DNA of 64,000 nucleotides from Escherichia coli (GTDB lineage Bacteria > Pseudomonadota > Gammaproteobacteria > Enterobacterales > Enterobacteriaceae), in the NCBI GenBank assembly GCA_032372955.1, contig GCA_032372955.1_4725.1. One strand, written 5' to 3'. The position numbers and the translations under genes were made by a program. Positions 41,925 to 50,036 of this stretch are shown here, in pieces. Every line of letters begins with the position of its first letter. The stretch's first letter is position 1. The notes under the pieces were generated by a model, which worked only from the letters and a program-made list of their open reading frames with translations, did no database searches and was not told the DNA's origin.

Positions 41925-42002
41925 AACATTACATACACCAAATAACTTTTTAATACCGGGTAAATCCTCCTTATCTAAACATATTTCAAAAGGACAGTAA
42001 TC

Positions 42003-42449
42003 ATGCAAATTACAAAAGCAGAACGTATCGAAATTTTCAAAACCACAAAAACCAACGAACAGAATCGAATCGCTAACAATACTCGACTGGTTGCTCGAAT
42101 GTTGCGTGCGGGCTACGAGCAAGCCTCTCGATTTACCAGCCATTTAAAGCAGACTGGCATTGCTTATTACGACGAAGATAAAGACATTCTGATTTACACC
42201 GGATGGATCGAAAACCATTGCTGGTGCGATCACGGACATGCGATAATGCACCTGCTCCCAAGCGGTAACGTTAGCGTAACGTTTACATTAACGCCGTTGA
42301 TGGTGCGTCGTGCGTTCCGTATGAATAACTTCATGGAACTGCAGGCGTACGTCCCAATAGCAGCAAAGATGGTATTACCGACCATCCACGATTGCACGGA
42401 TATTGTATTCGATGGAAAAGACCTATCCATCACGTACTATTTAGATTGA
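42003..42449 (+). CDS. hypothetical protein
   Basis: 148 codons, AAAGGA RBS. Confidence 0.5.
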   Translation: MQITKAERIEIFKTTKTNEQNRIANNTRLVARMLRAGYEQASRFTSHLKQTGIAYYDEDKDILIYTGWIENHCWCDHGHAIMHLLPSGNVSVTFTLTPLMVRRAFRMNNFMELQAYVPIAAKMVLPTIHDCTDIVFDGKDLSITYYLD

Positions 42450-42456
42450 GGGAAAG

Positions 42457-43413
42457 ATGATGGCTGTGCTAACGCCCAGATACTTCACCTTCGTTTGCGG
42501 TAATAAACCGAAATTTAGTTACAGTGATGATATCCATCGCATGCTACGTAACCGCGTAGCAAAAGCGTTGATTGCACTCATTTCGGAGCGTTACGGGTTT
42601 GGTCTCGATTACCCCAAAGAAGGAGGTCGGCTGGTTGCTCCGTTACCACCGAATGATCATCCGATACACCCGTTATTGGATACGGTGATTCTTCCCCTGT
42701 TCACTGAACAGACGCCCCTAACAAAAAGTTTATGTCGCCATTTGCTCTATGATTACAGTGTGCTGTGGGAGCCATTACGTACGATGCAACCACCGCGTAA
42801 TTTAGGCGTATTTGACAAGTATGAAGTGTCAACCATTGTTAATCTGCTTGGCGGCGAACATGCTTTAGGTTGGCGCGTTGCCGATGAACTTACGATAAGT
42901 TGGGGGGTGAGTAACGTCACAGATTACGATATAGACCGTAAACAAATCTGTCTTTGGGAGCATACCGGCCCGACAGTGCAAGAACTGCTTGATATGCCCA
43001 ATCTCTTCTACACGGGAGTGATACTGGGTTATCGGCCAGGGGATAAGGACTTCTACCTCGAAAATCATCGATGGTTAACGCAATATGGGCACACTTTAAC
43101 CTACCCAAAACTTGAAGAAATGGGGAATAATGTTTGGTGTATCCGTAATTTAGCCATTCTTCCCGATAACGAGCATTTTGCGAAAATACTTGCCGATAAA
43201 GGAGGCATGGAAGATATTTACAGCGTGTGTTTTGATTTAGGCATCGCCTGTGTCTTTCGTATCGCTGACGTCGGAGGGAGTCCGCGCATCGAGATGGTTG
43301 AACGCTATCGTTGGGCAGAAGGTACGATACCACCTGATGAAATACTCAAACTTTTCCCTGAGGTTGTGGTTAAACGGATTAATGAGATCCAACCCTACTT
43401 AGCAAAAGCGTGA
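42457..43413 (+). CDS. hypothetical protein
   Basis: 318 codons, GAGGGAAAG RBS. Confidence 0.55.
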   Translation: MMAVLTPRYFTFVCGNKPKFSYSDDIHRMLRNRVAKALIALISERYGFGLDYPKEGGRLVAPLPPNDHPIHPLLDTVILPLFTEQTPLTKSLCRHLLYDYSVLWEPLRTMQPPRNLGVFDKYEVSTIVNLLGGEHALGWRVADELTISWGVSNVTDYDIDRKQICLWEHTGPTVQELLDMPNLFYTGVILGYRPGDKDFYLENHRWLTQYGHTLTYPKLEEMGNNVWCIRNLAILPDNEHFAKILADKGGMEDIYSVCFDLGIACVFRIADVGGSPRIEMVERYRWAEGTIPPDEILKLFPEVVVKRINEIQPYLAKA

Positions 43414-43430
43414 ATGGGTTAATACATTAA

Positions 43431-43480
43431 TTTTCACGGCTATATTACTTAGGTGAAGCAATGCAGTAATCAGCTTCACC
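43431..43480 (+). promoter_or_regulatory. candidate phage promoter, TATATTAC motif (copy 2), followed by a 5' hairpin
   Basis: TTTTCACGGCTATATTACTTAGGTG then GGTGAAGC(43452-43459)/GCTTCACC(43473-43480). Confidence 0.45.
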
Positions 43481-43521
43481 TTGAATTATTAGCAACCAAT
43501 CCAATATAAAAGGATGTCAAG

Positions 43522-43839
43522 ATGAGTATGTTTAAAATGGCTGTATTCGCTATTCGTAATAATCGCGATATCTTAGGTCATTTGGAAGCCGACGCGGAAG
43601 GAACATTGATTCGTTTCATGCGTCGTGTTAAAGAAGCCTTTGATAATCGCGAGTATCTCGTGGAAGTTGTTGAGGACCTTCCACCGAACTCGATGCGTTT
43701 TGTCGCTATCGATGGGTCCGCAACCGACATCCGTTTCATCACCGTTAACGGAACAATGATGATGTTTTCGGGCGATGATACTGTTACAGGGCTGTTTCCA
43801 ATCGTAACGGTTCTGGGTCATTTCTTACGTGCAAACTAA
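43522..43839 (+). CDS. hypothetical protein
   Basis: 105 codons, AAAGGA RBS; downstream of TATATTAC motif and 5' hairpin. Confidence 0.5.
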   Translation: MSMFKMAVFAIRNNRDILGHLEADAEGTLIRFMRRVKEAFDNREYLVEVVEDLPPNSMRFVAIDGSATDIRFITVNGTMMMFSGDDTVTGLFPIVTVLGHFLRAN

Positions 43840-43841
43840 TC

Positions 43842-43874
43842 AGGCCCCCCTAAATGGGGGGGCCTTTATACCGA
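43842..43874 (+). terminator. stem-loop plus TTTATACCG
   Basis: AGGCCCCCC(43842-43850) TAAAT GGGGGGCCT(43857-43865). Confidence 0.5.
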
Positions 43875-43899
43875 TTTTATTTCAACGAGGATCTTTATC

Positions 43900-44322
43900 A
43901 TGAAACTGTTCAAAAATATCGCATTCGCTATCGTCACCACTCTGGCTTTTGTTAGCACGCAAGCACAGGCTAACTGGATGGCTCGTGGGAATAACTGTTA
44001 CGCCTACAGCGAAGACGGTCGTTATCAGATTGGTATCTCCGATCGTTCGCTTGTTGTCATGGGTCAATTTCAATGCCGTGCGCACTATCCGATGTCTGAT
44101 ACCGTAGGAATCAATGGACGTGTATACCAAGCATTGAATATCTGCAGTCCGGACATGCGTTTGATCCCGGTTATTAGCCTTGCGAATACAGATCAAGCTG
44201 CTAGCGCAATCGCCAGCCTTAAAGAAGCACGTCGTGCGCGTATTCGTGCGTTTAACGAAACCATCATCGTAAATACCGATGATATTCAGGCATGCGCTAA
44301 CAGTGTAGCGGCCGTACGTTAA
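43900..44322 (+). CDS. secreted protein (signal peptide)
   Basis: MKLFKNIAFAIVTTLAFVSTQAQA signal-peptide-like N-terminus. Confidence 0.5.
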   Translation: MKLFKNIAFAIVTTLAFVSTQAQANWMARGNNCYAYSEDGRYQIGISDRSLVVMGQFQCRAHYPMSDTVGINGRVYQALNICSPDMRLIPVISLANTDQAASAIASLKEARRARIRAFNETIIVNTDDIQACANSVAAVR

Positions 44323-44358
44323 TAGGTATTGTAACATTTTACTTTCGAGGAAAATATC

Positions 44359-44709
44359 ATGAAAACGTTAACTAAATTGTTTGTTGCTGTTGCTATTCTG
44401 TTCGGTAGTGTTGTCGGTTCAGCACAGGCTGGATTGCTGGATAGCCCAGAGGTTTACGATAAAGCAAAAGCAATCTACATGGCCATGGAGAGCATGACGC
44501 CAGCAGACCTTGAAGAATGTGGTGTTGATTTCGGTACCCCGAAAGAACTTCCCGGAGTTAAGAACCCTACCAACCCCAGCGTGAAATTGAAAGTGGCAGA
44601 CTTCGAAGTTTTCAACCCCTCTTTCAAGACCTACGCGCGGGTTCGTATACTTGTTGATCCAGCAACCGGTGTTGTTCAGGGCGGTGAATATCTCTATCTG
44701 GGTAAATAA
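44359..44709 (+). CDS. secreted protein (signal peptide)
   Basis: MKTLTKLFVAVAILFGSVVGSAQA signal-peptide-like N-terminus. Confidence 0.5.
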   Translation: MKTLTKLFVAVAILFGSVVGSAQAGLLDSPEVYDKAKAIYMAMESMTPADLEECGVDFGTPKELPGVKNPTNPSVKLKVADFEVFNPSFKTYARVRILVDPATGVVQGGEYLYLGK

Positions 44710-44727
44710 TTGAGTAAGGACAATACG

Positions 44728-44937
44728 ATGATTCCAGCTAACCCTCTTTTAAGTATCAATCCTTTCCACAGCAATCCTGGTGTCGATCAGATACAACCTG
44801 CTTTTTTATCACAGTTCCGGGCTGATTATGATGGCGACACCGTAACTGGAAACAGTATCCGTCTGTTGAATCGCCGCAAGAAAGGTCCAGGTAAAGGCAA
44901 AGTAAAAATCATTCAACGTTTAATCTCTTATGTATAA
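44728..44937 (+). CDS. small basic protein with RADYDGD and KKGPGKGK motifs
   Basis: ATG 44728 after AAGGA RBS (track TTG 44710); QIQPAFLSQFRADYDGDTV resembles the RNAP beta-prime NADFDGD loop; followed by stem-loop 44955..44980. Confidence 0.4.
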   Translation: MIPANPLLSINPFHSNPGVDQIQPAFLSQFRADYDGDTVTGNSIRLLNRRKKGPGKGKVKIIQRLISYV

Positions 44938-44954
44938 ACCAACACTGTTTGATA

Positions 44955-44980
44955 AGTGCCGCCTACATATGGGCGGCACT
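44955..44980 (+). terminator. GC-rich stem-loop
   Basis: AGTGCCGCC(44955-44963)/GGCGGCACT(44972-44980); TCTTTATGTTG about 10 nt downstream. Confidence 0.45.
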
Positions 44981-45110
44981 GCTCTGGTCTTTATGTTGTA
45001 CAACAGTTGTCAAGGAGGTATGTGGGTACGTGCGTTGTTACTCGCATTCGCGTTAGTGATGTTTCTAAAATTTGAATCATCGCTTTATCAGAAAAAGTAA
45101 GAAGGAGTTC

Positions 45111-45305
45111 ATGATGGGACATATGCTACTACGGGGATTAACGGGGATGGTTCTAGCATGGATGGTCATTGGGTTTTGTGGGATGATGTTCTTCATGGTC
45201 GATGAACCTGCTGCCCGAATTAACGTAGGGTTATGGTTCGTCTTCTTGATGATAGCGGTATTCGTTATCGTTACCTTGTTAAGGAATGTAGGAAAGCGCA
45301 AATAA
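45111..45305 (+). CDS. small two-TM membrane protein (holin-like candidate)
   Basis: AAGGAG RBS; two hydrophobic helices, basic C-terminus NVGKRK. Confidence 0.45.
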   Translation: MMGHMLLRGLTGMVLAWMVIGFCGMMFFMVDEPAARINVGLWFVFLMIAVFVIVTLLRNVGKRK

Positions 45306-45321
45306 ACGAACGGGAAAAGCC

Positions 45322-45693
45322 ATGGGTTTAAAGACATACGCAAAAATCTATTTCATTTTCACTTTTATAATGATTGGGATTTCTGCAGCGAATATCGATT
45401 TTGAAACAACGACGGAACGCGTTTATTACGTTATCCGAACCATCGTTTGTGTTATAGGGCAGCTTCCCCTTTTGTATATTTGTACATGGTCGACGCGTAA
45501 CATCAGACGGTTTGTCGTGTATGGGTTCGCGTACGTTCTTTTTATGCTTGTTATGTGGCAGGTCGATGCTCGACTGAGCGATATCGCAAATATCATCGCA
45601 ACGGCGATTCTCAGTGCAACAAGCTGGTGTTTATTTTTACCGATGTGTCGACGTGTCGAGGATGAAGGTTATGGGTATCATGGAGAATCTTAA
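45322..45693 (+). CDS. multi-pass membrane protein
   Basis: Three to four hydrophobic segments. Confidence 0.45.
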   Translation: MGLKTYAKIYFIFTFIMIGISAANIDFETTTERVYYVIRTIVCVIGQLPLLYICTWSTRNIRRFVVYGFAYVLFMLVMWQVDARLSDIANIIATAILSATSWCLFLPMCRRVEDEGYGYHGES

Positions 45694-45982
45694 GTTAACT
45701 AATCGCATCCTTGTCGATAGAGAAGTTGTTTTACGCGAGATACGAAGCGTGATGGCGATCTTTAATCTGGATCATCGATCTGCCATTATGTCTATTCTCT
45801 TGAATAAAACAACCTTTAATATCCGGGAGATACGTCGTATTCACAACGGTATGGAACGACGGCATAAATTAAGCGACGAACTCGTACATTGCGAGTTTAT
45901 ACCGCATCAAGTCTATCGACGTATTTATCGTGATCCATGCCTTCGGGATAAATACAACCTATGGCTCGACGGTAGAGGTTAA
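45671..45982 (+). CDS. hypothetical protein
   Basis: Start uncertain (45662/45671/45680); overlaps upstream gene. Confidence 0.35.
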   Translation: MGIMENLKLTNRILVDREVVLREIRSVMAIFNLDHRSAIMSILLNKTTFNIREIRRIHNGMERRHKLSDELVHCEFIPHQVYRRIYRDPCLRDKYNLWLDGRG

Positions 45983-46234
45983 CATCTTTGAGAAACTATA
46001 TGAATTCAAACGATGTACACCTTTACCGCGTTGGATGCGGGAAATGGGTTCTGTTATCCAACGTTATGTTTATTGCCAAACCAGAGGAGACCGTAATTTC
46101 AGTACCGTTTATTTCTGTCGTGGATGTCGGGCAAACATCTGACGCTAACCTGCTGCCCGCTGAATAGAACAACCCGATGACGGGATGCGTTATCAAGACG
46201 CCAGTGGACAGCACCTTATCGTGAGGTTATTAAG

Positions 46235-46732
46235 ATGCAAGGTATTTTACACACGTTGATTTTAGGGCTTGTTATGTTGCTTATCACACCGTTCAGTCAA
46301 GCATCGGTGAACGCAGGACCTAGAATCGATTGCCGGAAAGAGATCGTCGCATGCGCTGTGTATATGGAAGCCAGAGGCGAATCTGTAAAAGGGCAATACT
46401 CCGTGGCGTTTTTAATACATAATCGATCTATGGACTACCGATTCCCTACGAACGTCAAAGACGTCGTACTGCAAAGAGGTCAATTCCCCTGGACAAAACA
46501 AAGGCGTATTGTCATACGCGATCACGCTGCTTTTGAGCGAGCAAGAGCAATAGCACGAGAGGTCGCAACATTACGTTACACTGACATTGCGGCTTACCAT
46601 AAAGCCGACCCAACACGAGGAGCCGTATTCTTTAACGCGAAACATCTTCGCCCTAAACATTTCAGAAAACATGCTACCAATATCACCGTGGTAGACAGCC
46701 ACATTTTCTTTGGTAAACGACGTCACACGTAA
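46235..46732 (+). CDS. SleB/CwlJ-like cell-wall hydrolase (endolysin candidate) with N-terminal signal or anchor
   Basis: CAVYMEARGES..GQYSVAFLIHNR..FP..VKDVVLQRGQFPW matches the Hydrolase_2 pattern; hydrophobic N-terminus. Confidence 0.65.
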   Translation: MQGILHTLILGLVMLLITPFSQASVNAGPRIDCRKEIVACAVYMEARGESVKGQYSVAFLIHNRSMDYRFPTNVKDVVLQRGQFPWTKQRRIVIRDHAAFERARAIAREVATLRYTDIAAYHKADPTRGAVFFNAKHLRPKHFRKHATNITVVDSHIFFGKRRHT

Positions 46733-46746
46733 AACAAATCCGTATG

Positions 46747-46780
46747 CCCTTCCTGCGTAATGCAGGAAGGGTTTATGCTG
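46747..46780 (+). terminator. stem-loop plus TTTATGCTG
   Basis: CCCTTCCTGC(46747-46756) GTAAT GCAGGAAGGG(46762-46771) TTTATGCTG(46772-46780). Confidence 0.55.
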
Positions 46781-46825
46781 TTAAACTGACTAAATGTAAT
46801 CATCCTAATAAAGAAGGAAATCATC

Positions 46826-47083
46826 ATGAAAACGATCAAAGCAACTAAATCCGTTAAAACAAATAAAACTAACGTTCAGCCGCTGCACCATATCACGGTT
46901 TACCGTAACAAAGATAACGCCATCACCAAGTTCCGCGTTCGTGTAAAAGCGGCTGAATCCGTATTAGAGAAATTGGTTGATATGACGGTTTCTGTCGATG
47001 CCTATGATTCGTATCAGAAAGCAATGCTGGCAGCAATTCAAATCCGCGATAAAGCGCTGAACAACCCAATCAACGCATTTTAA
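46826..47083 (+). CDS. hypothetical basic protein
   Basis: 85 codons, AAGGAAA RBS. Confidence 0.45.
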   Translation: MKTIKATKSVKTNKTNVQPLHHITVYRNKDNAITKFRVRVKAAESVLEKLVDMTVSVDAYDSYQKAMLAAIQIRDKALNNPINAF

Positions 47084-47212
47084 TTACTTAGCAACTTAGC
47101 AAACGGTTCTTCTCTTCCTGAAGCTGTGGAGGGGAAGAACCAGAAAGGAGTAATTATGTTTTCTTTTGTTGTCAGCGAAGAACAATTAGCGAAATTCAAA
47201 TAACGTGCATGG

Positions 47213-47656
47213 ATGGCTATCAAGGAAGGAGTCATTGAACCCGGAATATTACCCGCGTGCCAGGCGTTGTTAGATGCGCCTGGTGTTGCACCGATGTGGT
47301 CATGCGAAGGACACGATAATGTAACCCGTAAAGTGGTCGTTGATGGGAAAACAAGCACAAAGGTTGTTCGTAAGCACCCGCACGTTATCGTCGCTGTAAC
47401 GACCGAAGGGTTGTCTTATATAGACGCTATAGGTGAATGCTTACGACGCCAACCCGCTGATTATATTTGGCGAATTGGGGTTAACAGATTGAGCGATCCC
47501 ACCAAAGAAGATGACACGTCGGAGACACTCTATTGGGCTTGGGATATCCACTCGGTTAATTTCAAACATCGCGATGGCGGGACAATGGAGGAACGCGGTC
47601 AACGATTAAACGCTGCTATTCTGGAAGCGGTAGAGTTCGTAAAGAACAAGAATTAA
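47213..47656 (+). CDS. hypothetical protein
   Basis: 147 codons; weak RBS. Confidence 0.45.
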   Translation: MAIKEGVIEPGILPACQALLDAPGVAPMWSCEGHDNVTRKVVVDGKTSTKVVRKHPHVIVAVTTEGLSYIDAIGECLRRQPADYIWRIGVNRLSDPTKEDDTSETLYWAWDIHSVNFKHRDGGTMEERGQRLNAAILEAVEFVKNKN

Positions 47657-47733
47657 CTTTTACAGAAATTCAGTAACCTGTGTACTTGTAATCATGTCGC
47701 GTAAAAGACAATCTTTTGTTTGAGGAATAGAAA

Positions 47734-48483
47734 ATGCAAGAAGCACGTTATCAAGGAAGCATCATGCTTTCCTGTGGTTTTGTTATCGAACACCCAACGC
47801 TTGGTAAATTGTTCATCAAAGAAGAAATACGTAAACCAGGACAATCGAAGAACTTTTCGCCGCTTTTAGCCGCTAAAGCCTTATTAGAATCGTTCGAGGA
47901 TATTAACGTCGTCACTTATCACACAACGTTATATCAAGCTGATGGGTACAGATGGTTCGACGGATGGATTCGTGTTCATCACGATCAGATCGAGGTCGCT
48001 GTGGGAAACCTAGACGCTCTTCCGTTTACCCGTCATGATATCGATGCTGTTAAAATCGATCATAGTGACGCGGTGATCAAACTGCAGGACGATGAGTTGA
48101 TCCAAGATGTACGTCGTTTCTGGTCGAACTATCAGGATAACATTTTGATTCCGGTACCTGACGAACTCTCTAAAGTTTATGATGGACTGGTTAGCGAGAA
48201 GGGGGACGTATGGCGCACGTGCGAAGATCCCTATCGCTTCTTTACACGTAAACAAAAAGAACGTTTGATGGTACGCGGCTGGATTGAGAATCCTCTCGGC
48301 GATGTTTACCATTACGTTGATGCGGAAGCTGTGGTAAGTGACGAACGGCATAAATTTGATATTCGTGATGAACAGTTAATATGGACAGCGCAGCGTTCAG
48401 TAGAGCAAGATGATGTGATTACTATGTTCTATGATCCTGAAATCAAATTGACTCTGTTTGTAGAAGGGGATATTGACGAATGA
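47734..48483 (+). CDS. hypothetical protein
   Basis: 249 codons, GAGGAATAG RBS. Confidence 0.5.
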   Translation: MQEARYQGSIMLSCGFVIEHPTLGKLFIKEEIRKPGQSKNFSPLLAAKALLESFEDINVVTYHTTLYQADGYRWFDGWIRVHHDQIEVAVGNLDALPFTRHDIDAVKIDHSDAVIKLQDDELIQDVRRFWSNYQDNILIPVPDELSKVYDGLVSEKGDVWRTCEDPYRFFTRKQKERLMVRGWIENPLGDVYHYVDAEAVVSDERHKFDIRDEQLIWTAQRSVEQDDVITMFYDPEIKLTLFVEGDIDE

Positions 48484-49055
48484 ATTGGATTAAGGTAGTG
48501 TTGTTTATTATACTTGTTGCTGTATCTATCGGACTATTCTTTTACACACGTCGGAAAGAACAGAAACGTAAACCGAGCAGACCGTTGGTTACCGGTGTTG
48601 TAACACCCGCAAAACAGTCTGAATTACCTAAATCGCTTTATATGACGGAAGTGACTTTAGATGCATCTAAAGGCAATGAGCTTGTGCTCGAAATGTTAAT
48701 GCAGAAACATTATAAAGATGCTGTATTGACTGCCGAGTATTGGGTTGATCCTAACAGGCCAGGCAAACGCTGGCGCGCATGGTATCCTTTACATGTGCCG
48801 TGCACAAACACCTGGATTGAGTGGCCTGCATTGGTTAGCTATCGTTCAACCGATAAAGCGAACAAAGCAGCGTTCTTCTTAGACACCAATCGTTTCAAAT
48901 GGTATCCCGATAAGGTAACGAATGAGCCGGTATGGATGCCTAAGAAAGGTGGTACGTGCTTTACTGTTGGACAAGTCCTGTTAACAGATTTGGACGACCA
49001 GAACAACTTCTTTGTCATTGAAGAAGAAAAGCTTAACGATCTGATTCCTTACTAA
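48480..49055 (+). CDS. membrane-anchored protein (N-terminal TM helix)
   Basis: WIKVVLFIILVAVSIGLFFY followed by RRKEQKRK; followed by strong intrinsic terminator. Confidence 0.5.
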   Translation: MNWIKVVLFIILVAVSIGLFFYTRRKEQKRKPSRPLVTGVVTPAKQSELPKSLYMTEVTLDASKGNELVLEMLMQKHYKDAVLTAEYWVDPNRPGKRWRAWYPLHVPCTNTWIEWPALVSYRSTDKANKAAFFLDTNRFKWYPDKVTNEPVWMPKKGGTCFTVGQVLLTDLDDQNNFFVIEEEKLNDLIPY

Positions 49056-49075
49056 TCGTTCGATATAACGGTACA

Positions 49076-49134
49076 CGGTGTTCATCCCTAAAAAGGATGA
49101 ACACCGTTTTCCTATTTTTCGTTTTTTTTTTTTG
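49076..49134 (+). terminator. strong Rho-independent terminator (12-bp stem plus long T tract)
   Basis: CGGTGTTCATCC(49076-49087)/GGATGAACACCG(49095-49106) then TTTTCCTATTTTTCGTTTTTTTTTTTT. Confidence 0.75.
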
Positions 49135-49192
49135 AGGTTCCCATGGTATGAATTAGGTTTCTTTCCTATCAACGATCATCTATGAGGTCAGT

Positions 49193-50023
49193 ATGTATCC
49201 TGAAGCATCGTGGCAGGAAGAAGCGTTATCTAAAATAAACGCTTATCTCCAGCATCCGTTGTCTCTGTCAGACATTACGTTAACGCCAGCCTGGTATGGT
49301 GCATCAGGTCGGTTACGCCTTTCTATAGCCCCCACACCACAATCGGTTTACTACGTCGAAGACCCCGTACAGGTTTATCTTCAACGTCGCGATATTAATA
49401 AGCTCTTTATCAAACACCAACCTTTTATTGTCGTTGCTGATATGACGACGACAGCAGACTGCTTAACGCAGCTGTTTAAGAAGTATGGGTTGAAGATCGA
49501 TTTAACGATCTTTGATTCTTCAGCGTTAGCGTTACCGGTTAAATTTGAAAGCGGTGAGAAAACCATATCTGTTCCCGTTCTTTCTGACGCATCAGCATCG
49601 TGGTACGGTACGTTTCAATTCCTCGCACGAAAAGATGTAAGTGCCGATATTAGCGAACTGATTACGGTACGAGAACCGCTAACCTCGTATTATCCAGAAG
49701 ATAGTAAACAAGGGGATTTCCACACATTCAGTACATACGGCATCAAGCTAAATATACCGCCGCAAGATGCGATACGTTCGATGTCGGTTGGAGATACTCC
49801 CGAAGGATACAACGCATTCCGTTTAGCCTCATCGCTGATTTCAATGAGTTATACCTCAGCTTGGGAACTCATCACAACAGCCAGTGTCGTTTATAATGGA
49901 AAAGTTGCCGATGCGAACGATTTAGATGTTCCAATACTTCCGTCGTTCGGAAGCTCTGTTCTGGTGTTAAAACCTCATTCCGATAGCGGCGTCAGCAGCA
50001 AACTTTATTTTAGTTACGATTAA
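49193..50023 (+). CDS. hypothetical protein (possible virion/tail component by position)
   Basis: 276 codons, GAGGT RBS; first gene after terminator 49076..49134. Confidence 0.5.
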   Translation: MYPEASWQEEALSKINAYLQHPLSLSDITLTPAWYGASGRLRLSIAPTPQSVYYVEDPVQVYLQRRDINKLFIKHQPFIVVADMTTTADCLTQLFKKYGLKIDLTIFDSSALALPVKFESGEKTISVPVLSDASASWYGTFQFLARKDVSADISELITVREPLTSYYPEDSKQGDFHTFSTYGIKLNIPPQDAIRSMSVGDTPEGYNAFRLASSLISMSYTSAWELITTASVVYNGKVADANDLDVPILPSFGSSVLVLKPHSDSGVSSKLYFSYD

Positions 50024-50036
50024 GGTGGAGTAAATA

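Noticed and set aside
45930-46142. ORF 45930..46142 in the 250-nt gap upstream of the cell-wall hydrolase
   Set aside because: No RBS, it overlaps the end of the preceding gene, and its only feature is a weak CxxxxC..CxxC pattern; left unannotated, though a small zinc-ribbon peptide cannot be excluded.
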